A stretch of 64,000 nucleotides of DNA. Source: Candidatus Woesearchaeota archaeon. Lineage in GTDB: Archaea; Nanobdellota; Nanobdellia; CAYMVK01; CAYYFB01. The stretch spans positions 110,798 through 174,797 of the forward strand of contig CAYYFB010000001.1 in assembly GCA_964471255.1 (NCBI GenBank), read 5' to 3'. The notes beneath the pieces are model-generated. The model saw only the letters and a list, made by a program, of their open reading frames with translations, ran no database searches and was not told where the DNA came from. The position numbers were made by a program, and so were the translations under genes. The stretch's first letter is position 1; each line of letters begins with the position of its first letter. Below are positions 1-9,232 of this stretch, in pieces.

Positions 1-2
1 CT

Positions 3-254
3 AAGGGAGGGTACATTCTAGGGGCTTTACTTTTTGTAATTATTATAGCAATACTTGCTCTTTGGTTTCCAATAGGTACAACTCTTTGGGTAGCTCCTAC
101 AAACGTTAGCGGCGGTGGAGAAAATGCTACTTCCCAAGTACCACCAACTACTGCTGCAGCTCAGGCTGTAATATTTGATCCAAAAGTTCTCTTTACTATT
201 CTGTTTCTTGGTAGTTTCGTTATAATAGCCTATATAATAGGGAAAGGAAAGTGA
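3..254 (+). CDS. 3' part of a membrane protein (truncated by window start)
   Basis: Open frame 3 (KGGYILGALLFVIIIAILALWF...FVIIAYIIGKGK*) with two hydrophobic segments. Its TGA at 252-254 overlaps the GTG of the next gene. Confidence 0.7.
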   Translation, partial: KGGYILGALLFVIIIAILALWFPIGTTLWVAPTNVSGGGENATSQVPPTTAAAQAVIFDPKVLFTILFLGSFVIIAYIIGKGK

Positions 255-2158
255 TCTATGAAAAGCTGGTAAAGTTAACAGGAAGATTAGTAGATTTTTC
301 CAAGTATCTCCCTAAAGAGGAACTTAAAAAAATAGACATTATTGTTAGAGAGTGTAATTTATCTGTAAGTTCTAAAGAAATAATAAACTCCTCTATTTTT
401 TTAGTAATGTCCCTTGTAATTGTTGGAATACTCCTATTCATTTTTACATTCTCTCTCCTTCCTTTTATAACCTTCTTCCTTTTGGCCTTTATTTCCTATT
501 TTTACGTTAGAAACTACCCAAGCATGCTTTATGAAAGAATTAAATTGAGAAAAGGTGGAAGTTTGTTATTAGCAACTTTTTTTATTGTTATTTACTTAAG
601 ATTAAACCCAAATCTTGAAAGAGCATTAGAATTTGCTGCGAATAATCTAAAAGGCCTTCTAGGGAAGGAGCTTAAGAGTTTAGTCTGGAAAATAAGAAGT
701 GGTATTTACTCATCAGCATTAGAAGCGTTGGATGAATATGCAGAAAAATGGAAGAATGATTTTCCTGAGTTCTTAGACGCTGTTCGATTAATAGAAGGCT
801 CCCTTTATGAAACTTCTGAAGTTAGAAGAAGTGAAATGTTAGATAGAGCTATAGAAAGGATGCTAGAAGGCAGTTTAGAAAGGGCAAATAGGTTTGCAAT
901 AAGAATGAAACAACCAGTAAATGCTATATATATGCTGGGGATTATTTTACCGATATTGCTTACAGTTCTTACTCCCATGTTTTCAGTATTTGCTGGAGAG
1001 CTTTTTGATGTAAATCTTTTATTTGTTCTTTACAACATTCTTCTTCCATTCATAGTTTTCCTCCTAGCTCAAAAAATCCTTGCTAAGAGACCTATTTTTT
1101 TCTCCAGAAGAATCGAAAGTCACCCACTTTGGCCTAAGGAAGGAAAAATCAGGATTTTTAATAAGGAAGTATCTCTCCATCTTATTTTGCTTCTCACATT
1201 CCTACTTTCTTACCTCCCAATAGCCCTAATTACTACCTTCTTCTTCAAAGGCGAATTATCTACTTTCCCACTATATCTATCCTTCGTTTCTATCTTCCTT
1301 TTTTCTTCGCTATCTTCTTTTTTCTTCTGGAAATATTACAAAGAGAGAAGTAAGGAAATAAAAGAAATTGAAGAGGCCGAAAGAAGTTTCTCTGATATAT
1401 GTTTCCAAATAGGAAACAGATTGACTGAAGGTCTTTCTCCCGAAGCCAGTATTCTCAAAGTAAGCGCGTCTGGAGGAGGAAAGAATAAATTCTTGCAAAG
1501 CATAGCAGAAAAAATAGAGAGAATGGGTTTAGATTTAGAAACAGCATGTTTTCATCCCATTTATGGGGCACTAAGATATTTTAGATCGGATATTCTGTCA
1601 TCGGGAATGAAAATCCTAATAGAAGGGATAAAGAAAAGTTTTAGAGAAGCTGCTATAGCTATGATCAACTTCTCCAGGCATCTTAACAATATGAAGAGAG
1701 TAGAACTAAAAATAGAGGACTTACTCGGAGATACTGTATCAAGCATGAAATTTAACATTATGTTTATAATGCCTCTTCTTTTGGGGATCGTTATAGGATT
1801 AACAGCCCTTATATGTGTTGTTTTATGGAATATTAGAGAACAGGTAACTACAATATTTGAAGGGGTTACTGGAGCGGAACCTGCTTTTGGAGGGGCTTTT
1901 CTCTTCGGTTTTTTAAAAATATATGAGGTTTTTCCTCTAGCATTTTTTCAACTAATAATAGGCACTTATCTTCTCCAGGTAGTTTTCATTTGTGCCTACA
2001 TTATCAACGAAATTCTTCATGGTGGTTCTTTTTACCAATTCTGTAAAGAGATAAGCACCATGCTACTCATTTCGGGATTAGTTTACAGCCTGGTCGGCTT
2101 ATTCTCAGCCTTTGGGTTTGTAGGAATAGGTAAGTTTGCTCTCCAGTTAGTGGGATAA
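251..2158 (+). CDS. Type IV pilus/T2SS F-domain platform protein (TadC/FlaJ-like, two domains)
   Basis: 635 aa polytopic membrane protein with two cytoplasmic T2SSF-like segments (NPNLERALEFAA..LGKELK; GNRLTEGLSPEASI). It heads a pilin-rich operon. Confidence 0.8.
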   Translation: MIYEKLVKLTGRLVDFSKYLPKEELKKIDIIVRECNLSVSSKEIINSSIFLVMSLVIVGILLFIFTFSLLPFITFFLLAFISYFYVRNYPSMLYERIKLRKGGSLLLATFFIVIYLRLNPNLERALEFAANNLKGLLGKELKSLVWKIRSGIYSSALEALDEYAEKWKNDFPEFLDAVRLIEGSLYETSEVRRSEMLDRAIERMLEGSLERANRFAIRMKQPVNAIYMLGIILPILLTVLTPMFSVFAGELFDVNLLFVLYNILLPFIVFLLAQKILAKRPIFFSRRIESHPLWPKEGKIRIFNKEVSLHLILLLTFLLSYLPIALITTFFFKGELSTFPLYLSFVSIFLFSSLSSFFFWKYYKERSKEIKEIEEAERSFSDICFQIGNRLTEGLSPEASILKVSASGGGKNKFLQSIAEKIERMGLDLETACFHPIYGALRYFRSDILSSGMKILIEGIKKSFREAAIAMINFSRHLNNMKRVELKIEDLLGDTVSSMKFNIMFIMPLLLGIVIGLTALICVVLWNIREQVTTIFEGVTGAEPAFGGAFLFGFLKIYEVFPLAFFQLIIGTYLLQVVFICAYIINEILHGGSFYQFCKEISTMLLISGLVYSLVGLFSAFGFVGIGKFALQLVG

Positions 2159-2610
2159 TGAGAGGAAGAATTTTTTCCTCAGTAATTATTTTCATCGGGG
2201 TAAGCTTGCTTATTTTCTCTTTCCTAGCAATATTCAAGAGCTTATTTTATATTGCTGAAATGAAAAAAGGATGTAACTACGATTGTGTATGTGAAGAAGG
2301 AGAAAAGGAAGCTGATTGTCCAGATTGTAGTTACAATTTTTCCGACAAAAACTGTCCAGAGGAAGAAGCAAAATATATAGGAAAACATTTGTGTAGCCAT
2401 ACTTACTGCGGGGAGCTTTGTTCCGAGATATGCACGGAAATATCCGAAAAAGGAAGGTACCTTCCAAAGACTAAAGATGAGGTAGATGAACTAATTAACA
2501 AATTTATTGAATCCAATTGCTCATTTATCATCGACCCCTGCGAGTACTTCAATTGCAGTACTACCCCTTGCATAAAATGTCAAATAACAAATGGAAAAGT
2601 GGTTTGTTAG
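2158..2610 (+). CDS. Cys-rich secreted/pilin-like protein
   Basis: MRG followed by a hydrophobic helix (class III signal-like), then CNYDCVCEEGEKEADCPDC. Confidence 0.65.
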   Translation: MRGRIFSSVIIFIGVSLLIFSFLAIFKSLFYIAEMKKGCNYDCVCEEGEKEADCPDCSYNFSDKNCPEEEAKYIGKHLCSHTYCGELCSEICTEISEKGRYLPKTKDEVDELINKFIESNCSFIIDPCEYFNCSTTPCIKCQITNGKVVC

Positions 2611-2622
2611 CTAATGTAAAAT

Positions 2623-2760
2623 ATGGAGAGAAAAACCCTTTGGACTATTATTGAAGTAATTGGAGTGATAGGACTTTTAATAGTTGTCTTCTTCTTTTTT
2701 TCTAGAATGTCACCAAAGTTTTTTATACAAAAGCTAACAATGTGGTGGTTGGGAGAATGA
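2623..2760 (+). CDS. 45-aa single-TM micro-protein (pilin-like)
   Basis: MERKTLWTIIEVIGVIGLLIVVFFFFSRMSPKFFIQKLTMWWLGE*. ATGA overlap with the next gene at 2757-2760. Not in the ORF track. Confidence 0.7.
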   Translation: MERKTLWTIIEVIGVIGLLIVVFFFFSRMSPKFFIQKLTMWWLGE

Positions 2761-4109
2761 ATGTTTATCTGCTTGTAATAACCGCTATCGGGGTAGCAGC
2801 ATTGTTGATTTTGCTCCTTGTTTGGAAACCAATTTCAAAAGTGATGATCGAAACTGGTGCTTTTGTCTATCTTTCGCTTGAAGGGGCAAAGAGAGGCCTA
2901 GAGACCCTAGTAACTATGGCGATAAATTTCCTGAATACAGCCATGCTAGCGTATGGGATATATGCAGGAATTATTATAGCTTACACTGCTGCCAAAGCTT
3001 CCAAGTTTGGCCCCTGGGGAACGGTTATAGCTACGGTATTGTGCTCAATGCTTCTTGGGGGTTTTTACTTTGGAGTTATAGCCCCAGTAAAGGAAGAACT
3101 TCTCCATAAGTTTCTTTCTTTTTTTGAAAAGTTAGAGGAGATTGTAAATCCGTTACAGTATTGGCCATATCACCATGTCCACATTCTGTTCCCGACTGAA
3201 GAGGAAAAATTTAAAAGTTACATTAGATCAATTTTTATATCTTACTTTTTCTCCAAAAAATATTTCCCAAAGGGCCTGGTAGCTCATTTTACGATAGAAA
3301 ATGCCACATGCGGGGAGGTTAAAGCATTAATTAATGAAACTTTTATTAAAACGATTTATGACCAAGGCTTTCTTATAATACTTGATGATTGCACATCTCC
3401 ACAGCGGGTAAATCTATCTATAAAAGTAAAATCCACTAACTATATAGGAAATTTGGAAGTAACAGACACTAAAGCCATTAACACTGCAAAAAGAGAATAC
3501 AAGCAATCCTATGGAGAGGAACCCAGCTCTATTAAATGCTATGCTACAACTCTCTTAAATAAGATCGTGTTTGGAGAGAGTAATGTTACTGATTTAAGTA
3601 ACCAGCTCTCGCTTCCGGTTCAAAAGGAAACCCCTATTGAAATAATCGGAATTTTTTGTGAGGGGGAAGATTCTCAAGGAAATACAAGATTTGTAGCGAT
3701 AAATAAACCTGTAATATGCAATACTGAAACTTGCGATCATATTATGAATTCCATCATGGGCCTGCATCCTCTATTACGTGGTTATTTAACAATATCTGTA
3801 GCTCCCTGCCTTATCGATTGTATACCACTCCCTGCCTTGAAGTATGATTTGTACCAACAACTGGAAGCATCTGGAGCTCTGGGTTACAAAGAATTTAACT
3901 TTGAAACAACCCAGAACAATATCAGGAGGGAATATTATATAAAAATCCTCCAAAACATCTCTCTAGATGGAAAGGTTTATCATGTACTCCTACCGGACCA
4001 CCTAAATAGAACTATTCACTTACATGCCCAAAATACAAAGTACGTTATATTGCTTAACTATTTTCAAACGAAAAGGAGAATTTTGATAATTGAAATAAAA
4101 GAAATATGA
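2757..4109 (+). CDS. Large pilin-like membrane-anchored protein
   Basis: Track ORF 2742..4109, with ATG 2757 preferred because of the ATGA coupling. N-terminal TM helix, further hydrophobic helices and a Cys-containing ectodomain. Confidence 0.7.
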   Translation: MNVYLLVITAIGVAALLILLLVWKPISKVMIETGAFVYLSLEGAKRGLETLVTMAINFLNTAMLAYGIYAGIIIAYTAAKASKFGPWGTVIATVLCSMLLGGFYFGVIAPVKEELLHKFLSFFEKLEEIVNPLQYWPYHHVHILFPTEEEKFKSYIRSIFISYFFSKKYFPKGLVAHFTIENATCGEVKALINETFIKTIYDQGFLIILDDCTSPQRVNLSIKVKSTNYIGNLEVTDTKAINTAKREYKQSYGEEPSSIKCYATTLLNKIVFGESNVTDLSNQLSLPVQKETPIEIIGIFCEGEDSQGNTRFVAINKPVICNTETCDHIMNSIMGLHPLLRGYLTISVAPCLIDCIPLPALKYDLYQQLEASGALGYKEFNFETTQNNIRREYYIKILQNISLDGKVYHVLLPDHLNRTIHLHAQNTKYVILLNYFQTKRRILIIEIKEI

Positions 4110-5626
4110 AAGTTTTGGAAGATGTAGTCCTATTTATTGTTATCAGCATTATTTTTGGAGCTCTTATAGCAATCTTATTTAATGTGGCTTTCAGAGCTGC
4201 TGCAGGTAGGAGGATTAAAGAGACCACAAATTTTATAGTATTAACTATTAGAGGATGGCTTGCTTCTGCAGTAAGTTGGCTTTATCAATGGGCCTATGTA
4301 ATTGCAAATATCGCCGACTATATCTATGATACCGCCCTTGGTTGGGGGAAAGGAAAAGCCGCTACTTCGGCAGCAGAAGAAATAGCGGAAAAAGAAGCCG
4401 AAGAGATAAGCGAGGAACTCTTTGCTACAACAAAAAGATGGGCTACTAGGCATTATTCACAACTTTTAAGCAAAGAATTAGATGAGCCTATTAAAAAATT
4501 AAGTGATGATATTGTAGAAACAATCTCAACAAAGGCCACCATAAGTGGAGAGATAGCAGAAAAGATAGGCGGGGAAGTTAAAGATGCTGTAAGGAAAACT
4601 GCCGACGAGATCAGCGAAGAGGCAATGACTCATGCTTTGGCTTGTGTTGAAGCTGAACTCCCTCCTACAATGAGATTCCTCCCTGGAGAGTATATAGGCT
4701 CAATTGTTTATGGTTATTTAAGGCAAAGCATCCCATTCTACATAAAGAAGGCTTTACTAGAGAAACATACTCGTAGACTTGTTTTCAGGTATATTCTTTA
4801 CTTCTATCTCTCCAAACTTGTTACAGACACTTTAAGAAGAACATCGATAATGCTAGCTGGAGGAGAAGTTCCCTTCTTAGGATACGCATTCGAAACAGGC
4901 CTCTTAATTTCTGGCCTTTTCTTGGGAAACCCGTTCTCAACTTTAGTTGATATAATGTTCCCTAAGATATTCTCTGTTCTCGATCATTTTTATTCACCAA
5001 TTTTTGTCATTATTCCTGAGGAAGCTAATCTTACACTTTCCTATTCAGATTATATATTAAAATGCTGGAACATGTATGGGAAGGGAAAAAAGGATATCAA
5101 TTACTTTAGAAATAACCCATTTTTATGTTATTACGGATTTTACGCTGGCAGACAAAAAATTTCTCTTAAAGATGTTATGGATTTCATCTGCAAAGTAAAA
5201 AATGAAACACCCAGAGTAGAGTTTTGTGTTAGGGAGTGCAATGCTGATCTAAGCTCATGCAGTGATTGGTCCTGTACTACAGTTGATTGCAAAAGCTATG
5301 CAGGCATAGATATGGATCTAAGCGGGCATAATGTAACTTTTAAATGGGTAGATAAAGAATTAGATCCTAGTAATCCGACCATTTTAAAGAGGTGGTTATA
5401 TACTAACCTTTTCTATGTTTCTTTTGCAGAATGCATTGAATGGGAGCCTTCCACAATATTTGCTTTGGAAACTGATTTCCATCCCACGGAAGTTCTTGGT
5501 AATATCCCAGCTGCCCTTTTAACAGGATTTGCTTTTCCCAAAGCCTATTGCTCTGAAAAGGATAAAATTATATTTTCAGTAACAAAACTCGAAGTTAACA
5601 TCTTTATTATCAATGTAACACATTAG
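4106..5626 (+). CDS. Large pilin-like membrane-anchored protein
   Basis: 506 aa. N-terminal TM helix, Glu/Ala-rich helical stretch, hydrophobic hairpin (VPFLGYAFETGLLISGLFLG) and Cys-rich C-terminal half. Confidence 0.7.
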   Translation: MKVLEDVVLFIVISIIFGALIAILFNVAFRAAAGRRIKETTNFIVLTIRGWLASAVSWLYQWAYVIANIADYIYDTALGWGKGKAATSAAEEIAEKEAEEISEELFATTKRWATRHYSQLLSKELDEPIKKLSDDIVETISTKATISGEIAEKIGGEVKDAVRKTADEISEEAMTHALACVEAELPPTMRFLPGEYIGSIVYGYLRQSIPFYIKKALLEKHTRRLVFRYILYFYLSKLVTDTLRRTSIMLAGGEVPFLGYAFETGLLISGLFLGNPFSTLVDIMFPKIFSVLDHFYSPIFVIIPEEANLTLSYSDYILKCWNMYGKGKKDINYFRNNPFLCYYGFYAGRQKISLKDVMDFICKVKNETPRVEFCVRECNADLSSCSDWSCTTVDCKSYAGIDMDLSGHNVTFKWVDKELDPSNPTILKRWLYTNLFYVSFAECIEWEPSTIFALETDFHPTEVLGNIPAALLTGFAFPKAYCSEKDKIIFSVTKLEVNIFIINVTH

Positions 5627-5630
5627 AAAC

Positions 5631-5771
5631 ATGGAAACCCAAGTTCTTGTTTTTATTGTGATAGTTGTCCTTTCAGTCTCCGCTTTAGTTCTCTATCTTT
5701 TTGTCCTAAAGGGTGTTAGAATCCAAGGAACTAAATTAGTTAGCCTATTAGAAGGCATCTTCACTCAATAA
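5631..5771 (+). CDS. 46-aa single-TM micro-protein (pilin-like)
   Basis: METQVLVFIVIVVLSVSALVLYLFVLKGVRIQGTKLVSLLEGIFTQ*. Fills the gap after the stop at 5626. Confidence 0.7.
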   Translation: METQVLVFIVIVVLSVSALVLYLFVLKGVRIQGTKLVSLLEGIFTQ

Positions 5772-5773
5772 AT

Positions 5774-5902
5774 ATGGGTATTAGGTTTGTCATTGGGATT
5801 GTGCTGGCAGCCCTTCTTATTGCTATAGGGCTCTATGTAATCAATATAGCTTTAAGGAAAGCTAAGGAAGTAGAAAAGAGAATTGAAGCTGAGACAGGAT
5901 GA
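5774..5902 (+). CDS. 42-aa single-TM micro-protein (pilin-like)
   Basis: MGIRFVIGIVLAALLIAIGLYVINIALRKAKEVEKRIEAETG*. ATGA overlap at 5899-5902. Confidence 0.7.
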   Translation: MGIRFVIGIVLAALLIAIGLYVINIALRKAKEVEKRIEAETG

Positions 5903-6567
5903 GAGGGATATTAGAAACAGTATTAAATATTATCTTTATTTTACTACTATCTGCTATAGGTTTTGTTAAGATTGCTGGATTAGTTGGCCAAATTTCAAAG
6001 GCAAAAGAAAGAGTAAAACTTATGAGTGTAACATTGGCTTTGGATAGAGGAGATGAATTAATAGAAATCCCCAAGAACACAATCATTCTGTTTATTAATA
6101 TAACCGAGAAAAATAGCACAGAAATTATAAAGTCTATAAATAGAGCATGTGGTGTAAATAACTATTGTATTTGCTCTCTAAGATTTGAAGATATTTCAAT
6201 AGATCCTACAAAAGGATCTTCAACTCTTATGTTTAGGACCAAATATTCTTTAGATGGCCAACCTTTCTACATTGAGTATCCTATGGATAATGACCCTTTT
6301 TTCTCTTGGGAAACATTTCCTTTTATTTTAACAAAGGAAGATGAACTAGTAATTGCAAATCCGCTCACATTCGACCTTTTAAATCTCAATAGTATGTTTT
6401 ACTGTAAAAGGACCGAAAAGAAATTTAAATTATTCGGAGGGGATTACATACGAGGAATAGCCAATTTAAAGGAGAATAATGTCTTACTTGTGCTCAATAA
6501 AACAGAAAGTGGTAATCTTGTACAGCTCTTTGTAATAGAAAGAAGAGGGGTGCCTGGAGAGGCATGA
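5899..6567 (+). CDS. Pilin-like protein with class III signal peptide
   Basis: MRG|ILETVLNIIFILLL, followed by an ectodomain with Cys pairs. Confidence 0.7.
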   Translation: MRGILETVLNIIFILLLSAIGFVKIAGLVGQISKAKERVKLMSVTLALDRGDELIEIPKNTIILFINITEKNSTEIIKSINRACGVNNYCICSLRFEDISIDPTKGSSTLMFRTKYSLDGQPFYIEYPMDNDPFFSWETFPFILTKEDELVIANPLTFDLLNLNSMFYCKRTEKKFKLFGGDYIRGIANLKENNVLLVLNKTESGNLVQLFVIERRGVPGEA

Positions 6568-6689
6568 CAATAAAATTCTTAATCTCAATTCTTCTTGGAA
6601 TTGTTATACTTTCGATTTGCATTCACTTACTTATTTCTATAGGGTTAAAAGGGATTGGTTTACTAAAAGAATTGGGAAGTGAAGGATGA
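6564..6689 (+). CDS. 41-aa single-TM micro-protein (pilin-like)
   Basis: MTIKFLISILLGIVILSICIHLLISIGLKGIGLLKELGSEG*. ATGA overlaps at both ends. Confidence 0.7.
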   Translation: MTIKFLISILLGIVILSICIHLLISIGLKGIGLLKELGSEG

Positions 6690-7312
6690 TTTCCGAAGTC
6701 TTTGGAACTATAATGGAGACCATACTTGCCTCATTAACTCTTATTGGGCTAATCAGTGTTGGGGTCTTTTTTCTTCTTCCAAAGAAAATGGGGGAAATCA
6801 ACCCCCTATACAAATGTATTGCTGAATCTGCAGATTCTTATTTTGCATCTTCTGACTATAAAAGTATATCAAGCCTCTCTCCCGGTGAGCTTGTTGTTAT
6901 TATTAGAAAAGGGGAGCTCCTTGACAATGATGCCTATAATATTTTAATAGATATTGGTATAACGCCCTTCCAGCTAGCTTCCTGTATGGAAGAAGGGTGC
7001 GTCCTGAGATTTATAATCAATAACAAGAGGGCATATTCGTGCCTCTTTTCTTATGCGTACCTACAAAGAAGTTATAAAGGGACTTTTAGGACTAAAACAG
7101 TAGGTTTCTTTAACTCTACTGACTTTTTAGAATGTTTTTCTACATATCTCCCTTTAGTCACCGAAATAAAAATCTGTCCCTCTCCAGATTGTCCATACAC
7201 ACCCACGAATCCTTTAAGACTGGAAGGAAAGAAATTAGTAGGAATTTTCTCAAATTCAACGCTCCAACTTGAATTTAAAAGATATATAACTGGAGAGGTG
7301 ACAATAAAATGA
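6686..7312 (+). CDS. Pilin-like membrane-anchored protein
   Basis: N-terminal TM helix and Cys-containing ectodomain. Translationally coupled within the operon. Confidence 0.65.
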   Translation: MISEVFGTIMETILASLTLIGLISVGVFFLLPKKMGEINPLYKCIAESADSYFASSDYKSISSLSPGELVVIIRKGELLDNDAYNILIDIGITPFQLASCMEEGCVLRFIINNKRAYSCLFSYAYLQRSYKGTFRTKTVGFFNSTDFLECFSTYLPLVTEIKICPSPDCPYTPTNPLRLEGKKLVGIFSNSTLQLEFKRYITGEVTIK

Positions 7313-8052
7313 AAATAATTCCAATCATAATTGTAATCTTTGCTGCTTTATTGTTATTCTCCCTTTTCACGTTTAAAATAACCAAAATATTGGCTATTTT
7401 GACAATAAATATAAACAAAATGACATTAAGAGACACCATCTCCCTTATGAACACATATTCTGCATTCTCACTAGCAGATTTCTCCTTCTTTGGAGAATGG
7501 GAATCTCCCTATAGTAATGAATTAAGTGCTAGTGTAGATACACTGGAAATAAACTATACTGTAGGGCAGTCCAATATAACGACGGATTTGATGGTAACTC
7601 ATACTCTTTTCGCTCAGCCTTCTGGATGGCCAGGTTTTGAGGTAAAAATACCAAAAAAAGGAATTTCAGGTACAGGTTTTGGAAGTGATCTTTGGAAAGC
7701 TCGTCCTTATATGTTTAAAAAAGCTCCTCTTCTGAAAGGAGGAGCTATTAAAAGGGTAGAATTAGGATCGCCTGGCTCGAATAAAGTGATAGAGTATTTT
7801 TTCTTAGTATGTCTTAGAGGTTGGTCATACCGAGAACTACCTTTTGGAAGTAAGATTCAGATCTCCAAAATTTCCGACAACATTCTGGAAGTAAATGACG
7901 TTCCTTACCCTGTAGGTGAAAGCGGGTGTTTGGTGGGGAGTGTCAACAAATGTTCTCGAGAGAGAATAACAAATCAAATAATTTATAGAACACATACAGA
8001 ATTGATTGGAAATAAAGAGATTACTTTTATTGATATAGAGTGCAAATCATGA
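7309..8052 (+). CDS. Pilin-like membrane-anchored protein
   Basis: MKIIPIIIVIFAALLLF N-terminal TM. GGAGAGGTGA ribosome-binding site upstream. Confidence 0.65.
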   Translation: MKIIPIIIVIFAALLLFSLFTFKITKILAILTININKMTLRDTISLMNTYSAFSLADFSFFGEWESPYSNELSASVDTLEINYTVGQSNITTDLMVTHTLFAQPSGWPGFEVKIPKKGISGTGFGSDLWKARPYMFKKAPLLKGGAIKRVELGSPGSNKVIEYFFLVCLRGWSYRELPFGSKIQISKISDNILEVNDVPYPVGESGCLVGSVNKCSRERITNQIIYRTHTELIGNKEITFIDIECKS

Positions 8053-8789
8053 AAGCAGGCATACCTGTTTCTCAAATACTCCTTCTCTTGATTTTTGTCT
8101 CTGCTATTTCAATCATGATGCTCATCCCTATTAAATTTCTCTTCACAAAGGGAATCAAATTCAGAACGAAACTCTCAACAGAAACAGCTGGAGATCTTGT
8201 CCTACTTTCCATTCTTATGGATCCAAAGGGTTGGGTAATTTCTGAAGAGAGTTTTGGAAAGCTTTTCAATGCAAGAGTTTATCATGGCATTCTCGATTTA
8301 AAAAAAGTCATTGCAGATTGCTGGTACTATAATTCAAGTACTAACGCTATTAGCTGCTCTTGGGGGAAAGCAAATTATTTTTATATTTCTCCTACAGGAG
8401 ATAAAGTTATTTACCCTTTTATCGTAGGCGGAAAGATAACAAATGTCACTCTTAATCTCAGTGAAGAACTTCAAGAAATAACAAATGACGGCAACGGTTT
8501 TATTGCAAGGATACTCCCTTATAACGAGAGCATAGAGAACACAGGCACCTGTTTTGAAATTTTTTTATATGATCTTTCTCTAGTAAGATATTACATGATT
8601 AACAGCATCTCTCCAATTTCTCCAGAGGAGTTTATTATAGCCAATTTTACTTGGTTAAGAGGAACTGGAAATGTTTCAGACCTTTGTAAAATCCCGAAAT
8701 ATAAAAGAACCGTGGTGATCGCCGCTACGGATGGTAAAGGCCATTATTTGCTTTCCCTATTAGGTGTCAATGCGTATGCTAAAGAATAA
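8049..8789 (+). CDS. Pilin-like protein
   Basis: Track ORF 8040. ATG 8049 overlaps the previous stop and gives MKAG|IPVSQILLL. Confidence 0.65.
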   Translation: MKAGIPVSQILLLLIFVSAISIMMLIPIKFLFTKGIKFRTKLSTETAGDLVLLSILMDPKGWVISEESFGKLFNARVYHGILDLKKVIADCWYYNSSTNAISCSWGKANYFYISPTGDKVIYPFIVGGKITNVTLNLSEELQEITNDGNGFIARILPYNESIENTGTCFEIFLYDLSLVRYYMINSISPISPEEFIIANFTWLRGTGNVSDLCKIPKYKRTVVIAATDGKGHYLLSLLGVNAYAKE

Positions 8790-9231
8790 GAGGGGTGTGC
8801 TTACTTTTTTTGATCCTATCTTAATATCCTTTATCATCCTTATCTATGGAATTGGAATATATTTCGCACTTAAAGAGGAAATGAAAGCAGTAATAGTAAC
8901 AAGATACGAATTATCAAGAGAAATTCAAGAAATGTCTATAAGAAGCGTATCTCAAATTGATTATATACGCCCAATCTCTCTGAAGGATGAAGAACATATA
9001 ATCGAAAAGATATTTAAACTTAATTATACAACATACCCCGAAAGTTTTCTTGAAAGATATTATAAAGAATTATCCGACGTTAGAAGGATGTGTAATACGC
9101 CTCTTTACTCATCTAGACCTTTTTGTCAATACCTTAACTCTTTCATCTCTTCTGGTGTGCAGAAAGGGTATTCTCAAGGCAAATGCGTTCCTCAATATGG
9201 TGCATTTAAAGGAGTTATTTGTTTGAAATAA
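8776..9231 (+). CDS. Pilin-like protein with class III signal peptide
   Basis: MLKNKRG|VLTFFDPILISFIILI. AGGTG lies 9 nt upstream of ATG 8776. Confidence 0.7.
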   Translation: MLKNKRGVLTFFDPILISFIILIYGIGIYFALKEEMKAVIVTRYELSREIQEMSIRSVSQIDYIRPISLKDEEHIIEKIFKLNYTTYPESFLERYYKELSDVRRMCNTPLYSSRPFCQYLNSFISSGVQKGYSQGKCVPQYGAFKGVICLK

Positions 9232-9232
9232 T

